Shown here piece after piece: positions 8,733 to 18,656 of a stretch of DNA of 64,000 nt; position 1 is the stretch's first letter; each line of letters begins with the position of its first letter. Source of the stretch: an uncultured Planctomycetales bacterium (GTDB lineage: Bacteria > Omnitrophota > Gorgyraeia > Gygaellales > Profunditerraquicolaceae); the NCBI GenBank assembly GCA_964545575.1, contig CAZJFL010000009.1, forward strand, positions 19,574-83,573, in the 5' to 3' direction. Below the pieces are notes generated by a model. The model was given only the letters and a program-made list of their open reading frames with translations. It was not told the origin of the DNA and did not search any database. Position numbers and translations under genes: made by a program.

Positions 8733-11285
8733 ATGTATAAATCCGAAATCCGAATCCATAAATCCAAAACAAATCCAAAATCCAAAATCCAAAATCCAAA
8801 AAACAGAAAATTTTGGTTTTTGGTTATTGGATTATTGGTAATTGTTTGTAATTTGGCACCTGGTGCTTTGAACTTTAATTCATACGCCTATGCCCAGGGC
8901 GCCAAGGAAGAAGAAGCGCTTTTTATCGCCAAGAAGGCCTTTGAAGACGGTTTTTATGATGTCAGCCTCGGGCTTCTGGAGCGCTTCTTAAGGAATTACC
9001 CCAATACCGCAAAAATTCAGGAAGTAAATCTTCTCATCGGAAGGTGTTATTTCCAGCAGGGCAGGTTTCTGGACGCCCTGAATAAATTCGAGGAATTGCT
9101 AAACCAGCCCCAGGCTAAGAATATAAAAGACGCGGTTATTTACTGGATTGCCGAAGTACATTTCCGCGGCAATAACTTCAGCAAATCCGCTTCTTACTAC
9201 AAAATGATTATCGATGATTTCCCCGTTTCTGCGTATGCGGTTTCCGCTTACTATTCTTTAGGCTGGTGTTTATTCCAGGAGCGTAAGTTCGACGAAGCCC
9301 TCAGGTTTTTTAAGGCTACAGAGGAAAAGTTCCCCAAAGAGCCGCTGGCGCAGGACGCCTCTTTTAAGATAATTGAATGCCTTTATAATTTAAAAGATTA
9401 CTCCGGCATAAAGGAGAGGATTAAATTGTATCTAAAGATATACGCCAAGGACCCGGATAAACTTTATTACCTCTATTTTTACCTGGCGGAAGCGGATTAC
9501 TACCTGAATAATTTCCAGGAGGCTATCGACGAGTACGCCAAGGTCATTGTAAACAGCCGCGACGAGAAAACTCAAGGGCTATCCCGGCTCGGCACGGGCT
9601 GGGCTTTTTTGAAATTAAAGCGTTATCAGGAGGCAGAAAACACCTTCGCCGGCATTAAAGCCGAAACCCTTGAGAAGGCCAGTCGAGATGCGCTGTATCT
9701 GGGCAAAGCGATATTAATGGCTGAAACTAAAAGGTTCGATGAAGCCAAAGGCGCCTACGCCGCATTACTGGCCACTACCGAAGACCCGGTAGTTTTAATC
9801 CAGGCTTATATCGGCAGAGCCGATGCCTTTTATAATCTGGCCGACTATCAGGAGGCAATCGCAGTATATAAAGAAGCTGCGCAGAAAATATCGGGATCCG
9901 TTCCACAGGAGGTCGCCGATAAATTACACTACGGCCTGGCCTGGGCGCTTTTGAAAGAGGGTGAGTTTAAGGAGGCGATAGACGAATTCCAGAAGATCGC
10001 CAAACATACGGAAGATAAGATTATCAAAGTAAGCGTCCTCTGCCAGATCGGAGATACCTATCAGGATTCCGGCGATTACGCCAAGGCCGCCGAGTCCTAC
10101 GATGTCATCTTAAAAGATTATCCTGACAGTTTATACAGCGATTACGTCCAGTATCAGCTGGGCATTACGTTACTGAAAGCCTCTAAATATGACGGGGCGA
10201 TCCTGGCCTTCCAGAATCTTAAGGCCAAGTTCCCCGATTCTAAATTGCTGGATGATGCCTCCTACGCTTTAGGCTTATCTTATTTCCAGAGGGAGGATTA
10301 TAATGCCAGTAAAGAAATCTTTGAGAAGTTTACCCAGGAATATAAGGATGGCAGTTTAACGCCGCAGGCGACTTATCTATTGGGGACCAGTTTCTATAAC
10401 CTGGGAAAATATGCCGAGGCCATAGAGGTATTTAAGAATATTATCCGGATGTACGGCCAGGATGAAGAGCTCGTCCAGAAGGCAGAATACGAAATAGCCG
10501 ATTGCTATTACCAGCTGGGCAATGAGCAGGAATCCCTGAACAGGTTTAAGACACTGCGTTCTAAATACCCGGATTCTAAACTTACCCCGGAGGTAATCTG
10601 GTGGCTGGGCGAATATTATTACCGGCGTAATGAGCTAAGCATTGCGCGCCGGTATTTTACTTCCCTGATCCAGGATTTTCCCAAGAGCGCTCTGACCGCG
10701 TCGAGTTTCTACGCCGTAGGCTCTACTTACGCGGAGGAGTCTAATTATCAGGAGGCGATAAATAATTTCCAGAAAGTCATGGAGTTGGATAAGGCAGACC
10801 TTGCGGGGCAGGCAGGGGTGGCCATGGGAGATATCTACCTTAAGCAGGAGAAGCCGGATTTAGCGCTTGGGGCTTATAAGGATGCCGTGGCAGAACACGC
10901 AAATCTGGATAACCTGGTCTATCCTAAAATCGCGGATGTCTATAGCAAGCTGGGCGATTATGACCAGGCGATTGATTTTTACGAGAAGGGTTTAGCGGTC
11001 GTGCCTTTGCGCCAGATGAGCGATATCCAGTTTAAGATAGCCGAAGCCCGTCAGGCTAAAGGCGCGCTCGCGGAGGCTATCGAGGACTATTTGAAGGCGA
11101 CCTACCTTTATGCGGATAATAATGATCTGACCGTCAAAGCCCTGTTAAGAGTAGCGGCGATTTATGAGAATAAAGAAAACTTTAAAGAGGCGCTGAATAT
11201 TTATAAGCGCATTGCCGCGATGAATGTAGAAGAGGCAAAATACGCGCGCGAGCGCATGGACTGGATCAGAGTAAATATAAAATGA
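8733..11285 (+). CDS. Large TPR-repeat protein with an N-terminal signal or transmembrane segment (YbgF/CpoB-like tetratricopeptide repeats)
   Basis: 850 aa. Repeated A-x-x-x-Y...G-x-Y-x-x-A TPR-like units run through the whole protein. It lies upstream of the exbB/exbD/tonB-like genes. Confidence 0.7.
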   Translation: MYKSEIRIHKSKTNPKSKIQNPKNRKFWFLVIGLLVIVCNLAPGALNFNSYAYAQGAKEEEALFIAKKAFEDGFYDVSLGLLERFLRNYPNTAKIQEVNLLIGRCYFQQGRFLDALNKFEELLNQPQAKNIKDAVIYWIAEVHFRGNNFSKSASYYKMIIDDFPVSAYAVSAYYSLGWCLFQERKFDEALRFFKATEEKFPKEPLAQDASFKIIECLYNLKDYSGIKERIKLYLKIYAKDPDKLYYLYFYLAEADYYLNNFQEAIDEYAKVIVNSRDEKTQGLSRLGTGWAFLKLKRYQEAENTFAGIKAETLEKASRDALYLGKAILMAETKRFDEAKGAYAALLATTEDPVVLIQAYIGRADAFYNLADYQEAIAVYKEAAQKISGSVPQEVADKLHYGLAWALLKEGEFKEAIDEFQKIAKHTEDKIIKVSVLCQIGDTYQDSGDYAKAAESYDVILKDYPDSLYSDYVQYQLGITLLKASKYDGAILAFQNLKAKFPDSKLLDDASYALGLSYFQREDYNASKEIFEKFTQEYKDGSLTPQATYLLGTSFYNLGKYAEAIEVFKNIIRMYGQDEELVQKAEYEIADCYYQLGNEQESLNRFKTLRSKYPDSKLTPEVIWWLGEYYYRRNELSIARRYFTSLIQDFPKSALTASSFYAVGSTYAEESNYQEAINNFQKVMELDKADLAGQAGVAMGDIYLKQEKPDLALGAYKDAVAEHANLDNLVYPKIADVYSKLGDYDQAIDFYEKGLAVVPLRQMSDIQFKIAEARQAKGALAEAIEDYLKATYLYADNNDLTVKALLRVAAIYENKENFKEALNIYKRIAAMNVEEAKYARERMDWIRVNIK
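8739..8838 (+). repeat. Hexamer microsatellite of AAATCC-like units followed by its inverted complement (TTTTGGTTTTTGG...)
   Basis: Seen in sequence. The repeat encodes the low-complexity N-terminus KSKTNPKSKIQNPKNRK and the start of the transmembrane helix. Confidence 0.6.
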
Positions 11286-11297
11286 GGATCAAATTTG

Positions 11298-11460
11298 CTC
11301 CGTTGCCCGGAATTATAACGTAAGGCAACGGAGTTAATTCGCGGACGCCCGCCGCAAAGATTGGCGGGCTACAACTTACATTCGCTTGCCGCAGAAGCGG
11401 CACACCGGCTGTTCCAATACAGCCGGGTGTTTCGCTCTGTAAGTTGTCCGCTCATTAAAA
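11298..11460 (+). promoter_or_regulatory. Structured 5' leader, copy B, of the same multi-stem element as 5408-5505. Stem 1 pairs ctccgttgcc with ggcaacggag. It is followed by TTAATTCGCG, a stem pairing ACAACTTAC with GTAAGTTGT around variable hairpins, then CCGCTCATTAAAA and GGAGG.
   Basis: Both stems carry compensatory changes relative to copy A. It sits directly upstream of exbB. Confidence 0.55.
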
Positions 11461-11470
11461 GGAGGATTAC

Positions 11471-12103
11471 ATGGATCTTTATAAGATGAGTCTATGGCAG
11501 GTGTTTTCAGCGGGCGGGCCGGTAATGTGGCCGATACTTTTATGTTCTATTTTTGCTCTGGCGATAATAATCGAGAAGTCCTGGCACTTGCACAGGATAA
11601 AGATAGACATGCAGGAATTCCTGCGTAATATCCTCGATAATATGAAGAGGCATCAGACTAAAGAGGCGTTACAGATTTGCGAAGCCACCAAGAGCCCTAT
11701 CGCCCATATTTTGAAGGCGGGAATTTTAAAATACGACCGCACGCGCGACCAGATCAAAGAAGCGATAGAAGACGCTTCTTTATATGAAATACCGCGCTTA
11801 GAGAAAAATCTTACGGCCCTGGCTACCATTGCGCATGTCTCTCCGCTTTTGGGGCTTTTAGGAACAGTGACCGGAATGGTCAGGGCCTTTCAGGTCATCC
11901 AGGCTAAAGCCACCAGTTTCCATCCGGTTTCTCCCGGAGACCTCGCCGGCGGCATCTGGGAAGCTTTGATTACTACGGTAGCAGGTTTAATTGTAGCCAT
12001 ACCGACATTCGTTGCCTATAACTATCTGGTCAGCCGCATCAATAATTTCGTATTAGAGATGGAGAAGGCGGCTACGGAATTAGTCAATTTTCTGACGGAG
12101 TAG
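11471..12103 (+). CDS. exbB: MotA/TolQ/ExbB proton-channel protein
   Basis: 210 aa with three transmembrane segments and the conserved LGLLGTVTGM region. It is followed by exbD. Confidence 0.8.
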   Translation: MDLYKMSLWQVFSAGGPVMWPILLCSIFALAIIIEKSWHLHRIKIDMQEFLRNILDNMKRHQTKEALQICEATKSPIAHILKAGILKYDRTRDQIKEAIEDASLYEIPRLEKNLTALATIAHVSPLLGLLGTVTGMVRAFQVIQAKATSFHPVSPGDLAGGIWEALITTVAGLIVAIPTFVAYNYLVSRINNFVLEMEKAATELVNFLTE

Positions 12104-12113
12104 GAGGGCGCCC

Positions 12114-12515
12114 ATGTATTTCAAACGACATATGGAATTAGAGCACGGCCTGCGGCCGATAGATATCGCGCCTTTAATAGACATAGTATTCCAGCTTTTG
12201 ATATTTTTTATGCTTACCTCCAGCTTCATCATGCAGCCGGGGATCAAGGTTAATCTTCCCAAGGCGGTTACCAGCGAAGTGGTCAAATATGAAAACATAG
12301 AAATCATTGTCTCCGGAGAAAACGTCACCTATTTTAACGGCAAAGTGGTGACTACCCAGGAATTGAATAAATTGCTTAAGCAGGCGGCTAAAAGGGACCA
12401 ATTTGTACTGATTAAAGCGGACCGGCGTGCCTCCTTAGGCAGGGTTGTGGAAATCTGGGATACCTGCAGGGACTTAGGCATAACCCAGATCAATATCGCC
12501 ACTAATCAGGAATGA
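12114..12515 (+). CDS. exbD: ExbD/TolR biopolymer transport protein
   Basis: 133 aa with a single N-terminal transmembrane segment and the ExbD fold pattern. It is translationally coupled to exbB. Confidence 0.8.
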   Translation: MYFKRHMELEHGLRPIDIAPLIDIVFQLLIFFMLTSSFIMQPGIKVNLPKAVTSEVVKYENIEIIVSGENVTYFNGKVVTTQELNKLLKQAAKRDQFVLIKADRRASLGRVVEIWDTCRDLGITQINIATNQE

Positions 12516-13138
12516 TCAGCTCAATTTTAAAGAAAGCCCTGTTGATTTCCGTAATCGGGCACCTCGCCGTGTTTGGTATCTTTAGTTTTTCTTTCGGCCG
12601 CAGGATACCCGCAGGAAACTACGCTGACATATCTTTTCAGGGCGCGATTTTAAACAGCTACGACCTGATAAATACTTCGCCTATTAATAAGATAAAAGAA
12701 ATTTTTCTCAAGAAACCGGATACTTCCGTCCTGAAGAAGAAAAACATAATTTACCCTGTGATAGCGGATTATTATTTTAAGCCGCAGGTGAATCTGGCGC
12801 AAAATGAAGAGAAGGCGTCTTTTATCCTGAAGCAGGGATTAACACCGCCTCTTTTGCCTAAGAAGGAGTCGGTGATTATGTTTTACCCGCCGTTGCCGTA
12901 TCACTTCATGCTCTATTTTAAAGACCGGCAGGCCGTGCATATGGAGATTATGTTTAACATTACACCCCTAGGCGATACGAATTCCATTGAAATCAAGAGA
13001 AAGATTTCTTCGGGAAACCTGGAAGTCGACCTTTTGAGCATGCGCTATCTTAACCCCTATTTATTTATACAGCAGAAGAGGTTTACTCCCAACAGCTGGC
13101 ATACGGTTAAGATAGACCTTTCCCCCAAGAATGATTAA
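12512..13138 (+). CDS. Membrane-anchored protein in the TonB/TolA position of the operon (putative energy transducer)
   Basis: It has an N-terminal transmembrane anchor and follows exbBD with a 4-nt overlap. No clear Pro-rich linker is present, so the call is tentative. Confidence 0.35.
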   Translation: MISSILKKALLISVIGHLAVFGIFSFSFGRRIPAGNYADISFQGAILNSYDLINTSPINKIKEIFLKKPDTSVLKKKNIIYPVIADYYFKPQVNLAQNEEKASFILKQGLTPPLLPKKESVIMFYPPLPYHFMLYFKDRQAVHMEIMFNITPLGDTNSIEIKRKISSGNLEVDLLSMRYLNPYLFIQQKRFTPNSWHTVKIDLSPKND

Positions 13139-13373
13139 TCTAGACTTCTCTTTAGCCGTATCCCTGTATCTGTTTATCGCGATCACGGCGATGTTTATCT
13201 TTTGGCTCTCCGGTAAAAAGCAGAAAGATAAGGACCTTTCGCTGGATGAGCGTTTTATCTGGTTTTGCTCAGTCTGCACCTACACCTATGTCAACACTAA
13301 AGAAGAGTCAATCTCTACCTGCCCGCGTTGCGGCAGCTATAATAAAAAGGCCCCTCCACCGATCAATCCTTGA
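13131..13373 (+). CDS. Small membrane protein with a C-terminal CxxC...CxxC zinc ribbon
   Basis: 80 aa with an N-terminal transmembrane segment and the CSVC...CPRC motifs. It overlaps the previous gene. Confidence 0.45.
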   Translation: MINLDFSLAVSLYLFIAITAMFIFWLSGKKQKDKDLSLDERFIWFCSVCTYTYVNTKEESISTCPRCGSYNKKAPPPINP

Positions 13374-13420
13374 CCCCGCCCTTCATTCAAATATAATATA
13401 GCATTGGATGAAGAGCGGGG

Positions 13421-13449
13421 TTGACCTGCGATATTTTCAGTGGTATAAT
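13421..13449 (+). promoter_or_regulatory. Sigma70-type promoter: TTGACC, a 17-nt spacer, then TATAAT. The -10 ends 9 nt before the nadE ATG, so the transcript would be leaderless or nearly so.
   Basis: The -35 box is at 13421-13426 and the -10 box at 13444-13449. Both are consensus-quality, with an optimal spacer. Confidence 0.6.
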
Positions 13450-13458
13450 TCCAAAGAT

Positions 13459-14175
13459 ATGAAAAAGAAGATCACTGGCTGGATCAAAAAACAGCTTAAG
13501 CAGGCGCAAGCTAAAGGCATAGTTTTAGGCCTTTCCGGAGGGGTGGATTCTGCGCTAGTAGCAGCCCTGGCAAAAGAGGCAGCGGGAAGTAAGCGGGTCT
13601 TAGGCTTATTTATGCCTGTGCATAGTCATAAACAGGACCTGCGGGATGCTATGCTTGTGGCGCGCAAATTAGGCATCAAGACCAAACTCATCGATTTATC
13701 GGCGATATATGATGCTTTGATCAGGATCCTTCCTCCGGCAGGGAGAAAGGCAGAGGCAAATCTTAAGCCGCGCCTTAGGATGGCGGTCCTTTATTACTTT
13801 GCCAACAAGCTCAATTATTTAGTCTCTGGCACAGGGAATAAATCGGAATTAATGGTGGGTTATTTTACCAAGCACGGAGACGGGGCAACAGACATCTTGC
13901 CGATAGGCGATTTACTGAAGAAAGATGTAAGAAGTTTAGCCCTAAACTTAAGGATTCCGCGGCATATTATTGCTAAGCCTCCCACTGCCGGCCTTTGGCA
14001 GGGCCAGACTGATGAAGGCGAGATGGGGATAACTTATCCTGAGTTAGACGCTATACTGGAGGGTTTGGAAAGCAAGAAAAAGCAGGTAGTTACTAGAAAA
14101 AAGGTAGCTAAAGTTAAGGCGATGATAAAGAAATCGGAACACAAAAGGCAGGGTCCGAAAATCTGCTCTATCTAA
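13459..14175 (+). CDS. nadE: NH3-dependent NAD+ synthetase
   Basis: It has the GLSGGVDSALVAALA PP-loop. The 13408 start in the ORF track runs through the promoter. The ATG at 13459 is therefore preferred. Confidence 0.85.
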   Translation: MKKKITGWIKKQLKQAQAKGIVLGLSGGVDSALVAALAKEAAGSKRVLGLFMPVHSHKQDLRDAMLVARKLGIKTKLIDLSAIYDALIRILPPAGRKAEANLKPRLRMAVLYYFANKLNYLVSGTGNKSELMVGYFTKHGDGATDILPIGDLLKKDVRSLALNLRIPRHIIAKPPTAGLWQGQTDEGEMGITYPELDAILEGLESKKKQVVTRKKVAKVKAMIKKSEHKRQGPKICSI

Positions 14176-14190
14176 AAACCGGAGGTAAAG

Positions 14191-14676
14191 ATGGATGAGA
14201 TATTAGAGGTACTGGCAAAAGACGCGCGGATCAGCCCGCAGGATTTGGCAAAGATGCTCAGGAAGAAGCCGGATGCGGTTAAACAGGCAATCAGGAAATA
14301 CGAAAAAGAAGGGGTGATCTTAAAATACAAGGCAGTGATCAATCAGGAACTGGTTAAAGACGCTCAGTCAAGCGTGCGCGCTTTAATTGAAGTAAATATT
14401 GCGCCGCAAAAGGACGTCGGTTTCGATAAGATTGCCGCACGCATCTATTCTTTTGCCGAAGTCTCAAGCTGTTATCTGATTTCGGGGACCTATGATTTGC
14501 TTTTAATTGTGGAGGGCAAAGACCTGCATACCGTCGCCAGTTTCGTCGCCGAAAAATTAGCCCCTTTAGAGAATGTCAAAGGCACGGCCACGCATTTCTT
14601 GCTGAAAAAATATAAAGAGGACGGGGTCATCTTGAAGCATAAAGAGGAAAATAAGAGGATAGCAATATCATATTAA
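14191..14676 (+). CDS. Lrp/AsnC family transcriptional regulator
   Basis: 161 aa with an N-terminal helix-turn-helix (ISPQDLAKML) and a C-terminal RAM domain pattern. Confidence 0.75.
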   Translation: MDEILEVLAKDARISPQDLAKMLRKKPDAVKQAIRKYEKEGVILKYKAVINQELVKDAQSSVRALIEVNIAPQKDVGFDKIAARIYSFAEVSSCYLISGTYDLLLIVEGKDLHTVASFVAEKLAPLENVKGTATHFLLKKYKEDGVILKHKEENKRIAISY

Positions 14677-14717
14677 ATCCTAAATCCGAAATTCGAATTT
14701 AACTTCTAAAAACAGAT

Positions 14718-15884
14718 ATGAAAAATGTAATTTCTAAAAAAGTAATGGAGATGCAACCTTCCGGGATCAGGGCCTTCTTTGACCTGGTGCTCGGAATGAA
14801 GGATGTCATCTCCCTGGGCGTAGGAGAGCCGGATTTTGTCACCCCCTGGCAGATACGCGAGGCAGGGATTTATTCTCTGGAAGAGGGTTTTACCTCTTAC
14901 ACCTCCAATAAGGGGCTCTATAAATTACGTTTAAGTATATCCCGTTACTTAAAAAATAGATACGGTTTGGAATATTGCCCCGATGAAGAAATCCTGATTA
15001 CCGTGGGCGTCAGCGAAGGCTTTGATCTTACCTTGCGCGCGCTGATCAACCCCGGCGATAAAATATTGATCCCTGAGCCCTGCTATGTTTCTTACGGGCC
15101 GCTGGTAGATTTAGCAGGGGGGATGCCGGTCTATATAGATACGCGCGATGAGGATTTTAAGATTACGCCCGGCAAAATTAAAAAGTTCATTGATAAGAAA
15201 ACCAAGGGGATCATCCTGAATTATCCTACCAACCCCACGGGAGTTTCTTATACCAGAAAAGAACTGGAGGCGATTAATAAAACCGCTCTTCAGCATAAAT
15301 TAATCGTAATATCCGACGAGATATACGGGGACCTGACTTACGACTTTGAACATACGCCGTTTCCTACGCTTAGCGGCGCCAGGAATAATACCGTCTATCT
15401 TAACGGATTTTCCAAGAGCTATGCCATGACCGGCTGGCGCGTGGGTTTTGTCTGCGGCAATAAGGATATCATCGCCGCGATGACTAAGATCCACCAGTAT
15501 ACTATCATGTGCGTTCCGATTACTTCGCAAATGGCAGCTTGCGAGGCTTTGCAGGCAGGGCGTAAATCAGTAGAAGAGATGAAGCGCGAATATAGAAGGC
15601 GCCGGGAGCTGATCATAACAGGGCTAAATGGATTAGGTTTAGAATGTAAAACTCCCGAAGGCGCATTCTATGCTTTCGTAAACATCAGAAAAACCGGGCT
15701 TAGCTCGCTTGCCTTTGCGCAAAAATTGCTTAAAGAACAGAAAGTAGCGGTTGTCCCGGGGACTGCTTTCGGCAGGGGTTACGATGATTATCTGCGCATC
15801 TCGTATGCTTCTAGTACCGATAACCTGAAAGAAGCTTTAAACAGGATAGAGGTTTTCTTAAAATCAATCCGGAGGAAAAAATGA
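14718..15884 (+). CDS. Class I/II PLP-dependent aminotransferase (aspartate/aromatic aminotransferase family)
   Basis: 388 aa with GEPDF near the N-terminus and the SKSYAMTGWR PLP-lysine motif. Confidence 0.8.
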   Translation: MKNVISKKVMEMQPSGIRAFFDLVLGMKDVISLGVGEPDFVTPWQIREAGIYSLEEGFTSYTSNKGLYKLRLSISRYLKNRYGLEYCPDEEILITVGVSEGFDLTLRALINPGDKILIPEPCYVSYGPLVDLAGGMPVYIDTRDEDFKITPGKIKKFIDKKTKGIILNYPTNPTGVSYTRKELEAINKTALQHKLIVISDEIYGDLTYDFEHTPFPTLSGARNNTVYLNGFSKSYAMTGWRVGFVCGNKDIIAAMTKIHQYTIMCVPITSQMAACEALQAGRKSVEEMKREYRRRRELIITGLNGLGLECKTPEGAFYAFVNIRKTGLSSLAFAQKLLKEQKVAVVPGTAFGRGYDDYLRISYASSTDNLKEALNRIEVFLKSIRRKK

Positions 15885-17218
15885 GCAAGGCAAAGCCAAA
15901 AACGGCATCTGAGTTGATGAAATTAGTAAAAGAAAAAAAGGTTAGATACATCAGGCTTTGGTTTACCGATGTGCTGGGTTTCTTAAAAGGTTTTACCATC
16001 ACCATTAATGAACTGCCTCGTGCCTTAGAAGACGGGATGGGGTTTGACGGCTCATCAATCGAGGGTTTTGCGCGGATCGAGGAATCGGATATGATCGCCA
16101 GGCCCGATATCAGGACCTTTGCAATACTGCCCTGGGAGTCAAAGGATGAGCCTGTGGCGAGGATGTTCTGCGATATCTACAAGCCCGACGGCAGGCCCTT
16201 TGAAGCCGATCCCAGATATGTCTTGAAGAAAAATTTAGAGCGTGCCAAGAAACTAGGCTTTATTTATTACGTGGGGCCTGAGCTGGAATACTTTTATTTC
16301 AACAACCCCAAGAATACAATTATTCTGGATAAAGGCGGATATTTTGATCTTACGCCGCTAGATGTAGCGCAGAGCGTCAGGAACGAAACCGTTTCCAGCC
16401 TCGAAGACTTAGGGATTATCGTCGAATACAGCCATCATGAAGTCGCCTCCAGCCAGCATGAAATCGACTTAAGATACAGCGATGCGCTCTCCATGGCAGA
16501 TAACGTCATGACCTATAGATTAGTAGCCAAAGAAATTGCCCAGGCAAAGGGCCTGCACGCCAGCTTTATGCCCAAACCGGTCTTTGGGATTAACGGTTCG
16601 GGAATGCATACGCATCAGTCTTTGTTTAAAGGTTCAGCTAATGCCTTCTTCGAGAAAGGCGGACAATACCATCTTTCCAAGGTTGCGCAGCAGTTTATCG
16701 CCGGGCTGCTGAAGCACGCGGTGGAGATAACTTCGGTGACCAATCAGTGGGTCAACTCTTACAAGCGTCTTGTCCCCGGATATGAAGCGCCGGTTTATAT
16801 CTGCTGGGCGCAGATGAACCGTTCGGCGCTGATCCGCGTGCCGATGTATAAGCCGGGAAAAGAAAAAGCGACCCGTATTGAATACAGGTCTCCGGATCCG
16901 GCCTGTAACCCTTATTTGGCATTTTCGGTGATGTTAGCTGCCGGCCTGGAAGGCATTAAGAATAATTATAAGCTGACTGAGCCAGCCAATGACAATATCT
17001 ATCATATGGGCGAAGAGCAGCGGGACAGGGTCGGGATAAAATCGCTTCCCGAAGACCTGCTGGAGGCGATTAAAATTACCGAGAAAAGCAAATTAGTGCG
17101 GGAGTGCCTGGGGGATAAGGTGTTTGAGTATTTCATCCGTAATAAGAAGGTGGAATGGGATGAATATAAGGCGCAGGTCACCCAGTACGAAATAGACAGG
17201 TACCTGCCGATACTCTAG
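15881..17218 (+). CDS. glnA: Glutamine synthetase family protein (type I-like), copy 1
   Basis: 445 aa with a GS beta-grasp N-terminal domain and a catalytic domain (GPELEYF, NGSGMHTHQS, RVP). Confidence 0.8.
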   Translation: MSKAKPKTASELMKLVKEKKVRYIRLWFTDVLGFLKGFTITINELPRALEDGMGFDGSSIEGFARIEESDMIARPDIRTFAILPWESKDEPVARMFCDIYKPDGRPFEADPRYVLKKNLERAKKLGFIYYVGPELEYFYFNNPKNTIILDKGGYFDLTPLDVAQSVRNETVSSLEDLGIIVEYSHHEVASSQHEIDLRYSDALSMADNVMTYRLVAKEIAQAKGLHASFMPKPVFGINGSGMHTHQSLFKGSANAFFEKGGQYHLSKVAQQFIAGLLKHAVEITSVTNQWVNSYKRLVPGYEAPVYICWAQMNRSALIRVPMYKPGKEKATRIEYRSPDPACNPYLAFSVMLAAGLEGIKNNYKLTEPANDNIYHMGEEQRDRVGIKSLPEDLLEAIKITEKSKLVRECLGDKVFEYFIRNKKVEWDEYKAQVTQYEIDRYLPIL

Positions 17219-17229
17219 GGTTAAAGGCT

Positions 17230-17955
17230 GTGGCAAAAAAAGGCAAATATCAGATTTACATAAAACAGATAGAGGCCCTTTCCAAGATAGCAAACCTCAT
17301 CACTTCCGGACTGTACTTAGAAGAGCTGTTGCGCCTTATCGTGCAGGTCACCTCCGAAATTATGAACTCCAAAATTTCTTCTTTGATGCTGGTTGACCCG
17401 GACAAGAAAGAGCTGGTGATTAAGGCTACACAGTCTATTTCGGAGGCCTATAATAAGAAACCTAACCTTAAATTAGGGGAAGGGGTATCCGGTATAGTCG
17501 CCAAAGAAAATAAACCGATCTGCGTTCTGGATGTCAAAGAAGACAGCCGTTACTTAAACAGGGATGTAGCTAAAAAAGAGGGGTTATGTTCTTTAGCCAG
17601 CGTTCCTTTGGCGGTAAAGGGGAGGGTGATCGGGGTGCTTAATTGTTATACTTCTGCTAAGCATAAATTTAGTAAAAATGAACTGGATATCCTGACCGCT
17701 TTAGCTAACCAGGCGGCATTGGCTATAGAGAACGCGGAGTTAGATTTAAGGGTGCGCACTGCCGAAGAGGCCCTGACTACCCGTAAGCTTATCGACCGCG
17801 CAAAAGATGTCCTTTCGCGCGAGGCGAATATTCTGCCCTCTGAGGCCTACCGGTTGATTCAAAAACAAAGCATGGATAGCCGCAAATCCATGCGCGAGAT
17901 TGCCGAAGCGATAATTTTAACCAAAGATATCAAAGATAAGCAAAGAGAAAAATAA
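17230..17955 (+). CDS. GAF-ANTAR RNA-binding antiterminator regulator, copy 1
   Basis: It has an N-terminal GAF domain and the C-terminal ANTAR motif EALTTRKLIDRAKDVLSRE...SMREIAEAII. It lies directly downstream of glnA copy 1. Confidence 0.75.
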   Translation: MAKKGKYQIYIKQIEALSKIANLITSGLYLEELLRLIVQVTSEIMNSKISSLMLVDPDKKELVIKATQSISEAYNKKPNLKLGEGVSGIVAKENKPICVLDVKEDSRYLNRDVAKKEGLCSLASVPLAVKGRVIGVLNCYTSAKHKFSKNELDILTALANQAALAIENAELDLRVRTAEEALTTRKLIDRAKDVLSREANILPSEAYRLIQKQSMDSRKSMREIAEAIILTKDIKDKQREK

Positions 17956-17960
17956 TCCCG

Positions 17961-18656
17961 ATGAAAAAAGAGATAGCTCATCTAAGATTAGCAAATTGCC
18001 AGGTTTTCTTTGACTTCGATAATACTATTACTACTTTTGACGTGCTGGACGATATCATCAGGCGTTTTGCGGTAAACAAAGACTGGATAAAGATCGAAAG
18101 GGATTGGCAGCGGGGTAAAATCGGCTCCCGGGAATGCCTGAAGAGGCAGATGAAGCTGGTCAAAGTAGATAGAAACAGGCTGCTGGCTTATCTTTCTGGA
18201 ATCAGGGTAGACCCTTATTTTAAAAAAATATTGGTTAAACTTAAAGCAGGCGGGGTGAAGCCCGTTATAGTGAGCGACAGTTTTTCTTTTGTAATAAATA
18301 ATATACTGCGTAACAATGCCATCCGGGGGATCAAGGTTTATTCCAATCAGCTCAATTTTTCTAATGGCGGGTTCTCTTTATCCTTTCCTCACCGGGATAA
18401 AAAATGTTGTTTATGCGCGCACTGCAAGAAAAACAGCTTGTTAAGAAAAGGCGGGGATGCTAAAATTAAAATATATGTAGGGGACGGGGCGTCGGACCTC
18501 TGCGCGGCTTTGCATGCGGATCTGGTGTTTGCAAAAGGAAGATTGCGGGATTACCTGCGCCGCAGAAAAAGAAGCTGTATCCCCATAAAAAGCCTGAAAG
18601 AAGTCTATCTTTATTTTAACGGAGCCGGAACCCATGGTACGCAAAGAAAAAGTTAA
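17961..18656 (+). CDS. HAD-superfamily phosphatase (MtnX-like)
   Basis: It has the FFDFDNTIT motif I and VGDGASD motif IV. Confidence 0.6.
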   Translation: MKKEIAHLRLANCQVFFDFDNTITTFDVLDDIIRRFAVNKDWIKIERDWQRGKIGSRECLKRQMKLVKVDRNRLLAYLSGIRVDPYFKKILVKLKAGGVKPVIVSDSFSFVINNILRNNAIRGIKVYSNQLNFSNGGFSLSFPHRDKKCCLCAHCKKNSLLRKGGDAKIKIYVGDGASDLCAALHADLVFAKGRLRDYLRRRKRSCIPIKSLKEVYLYFNGAGTHGTQRKS

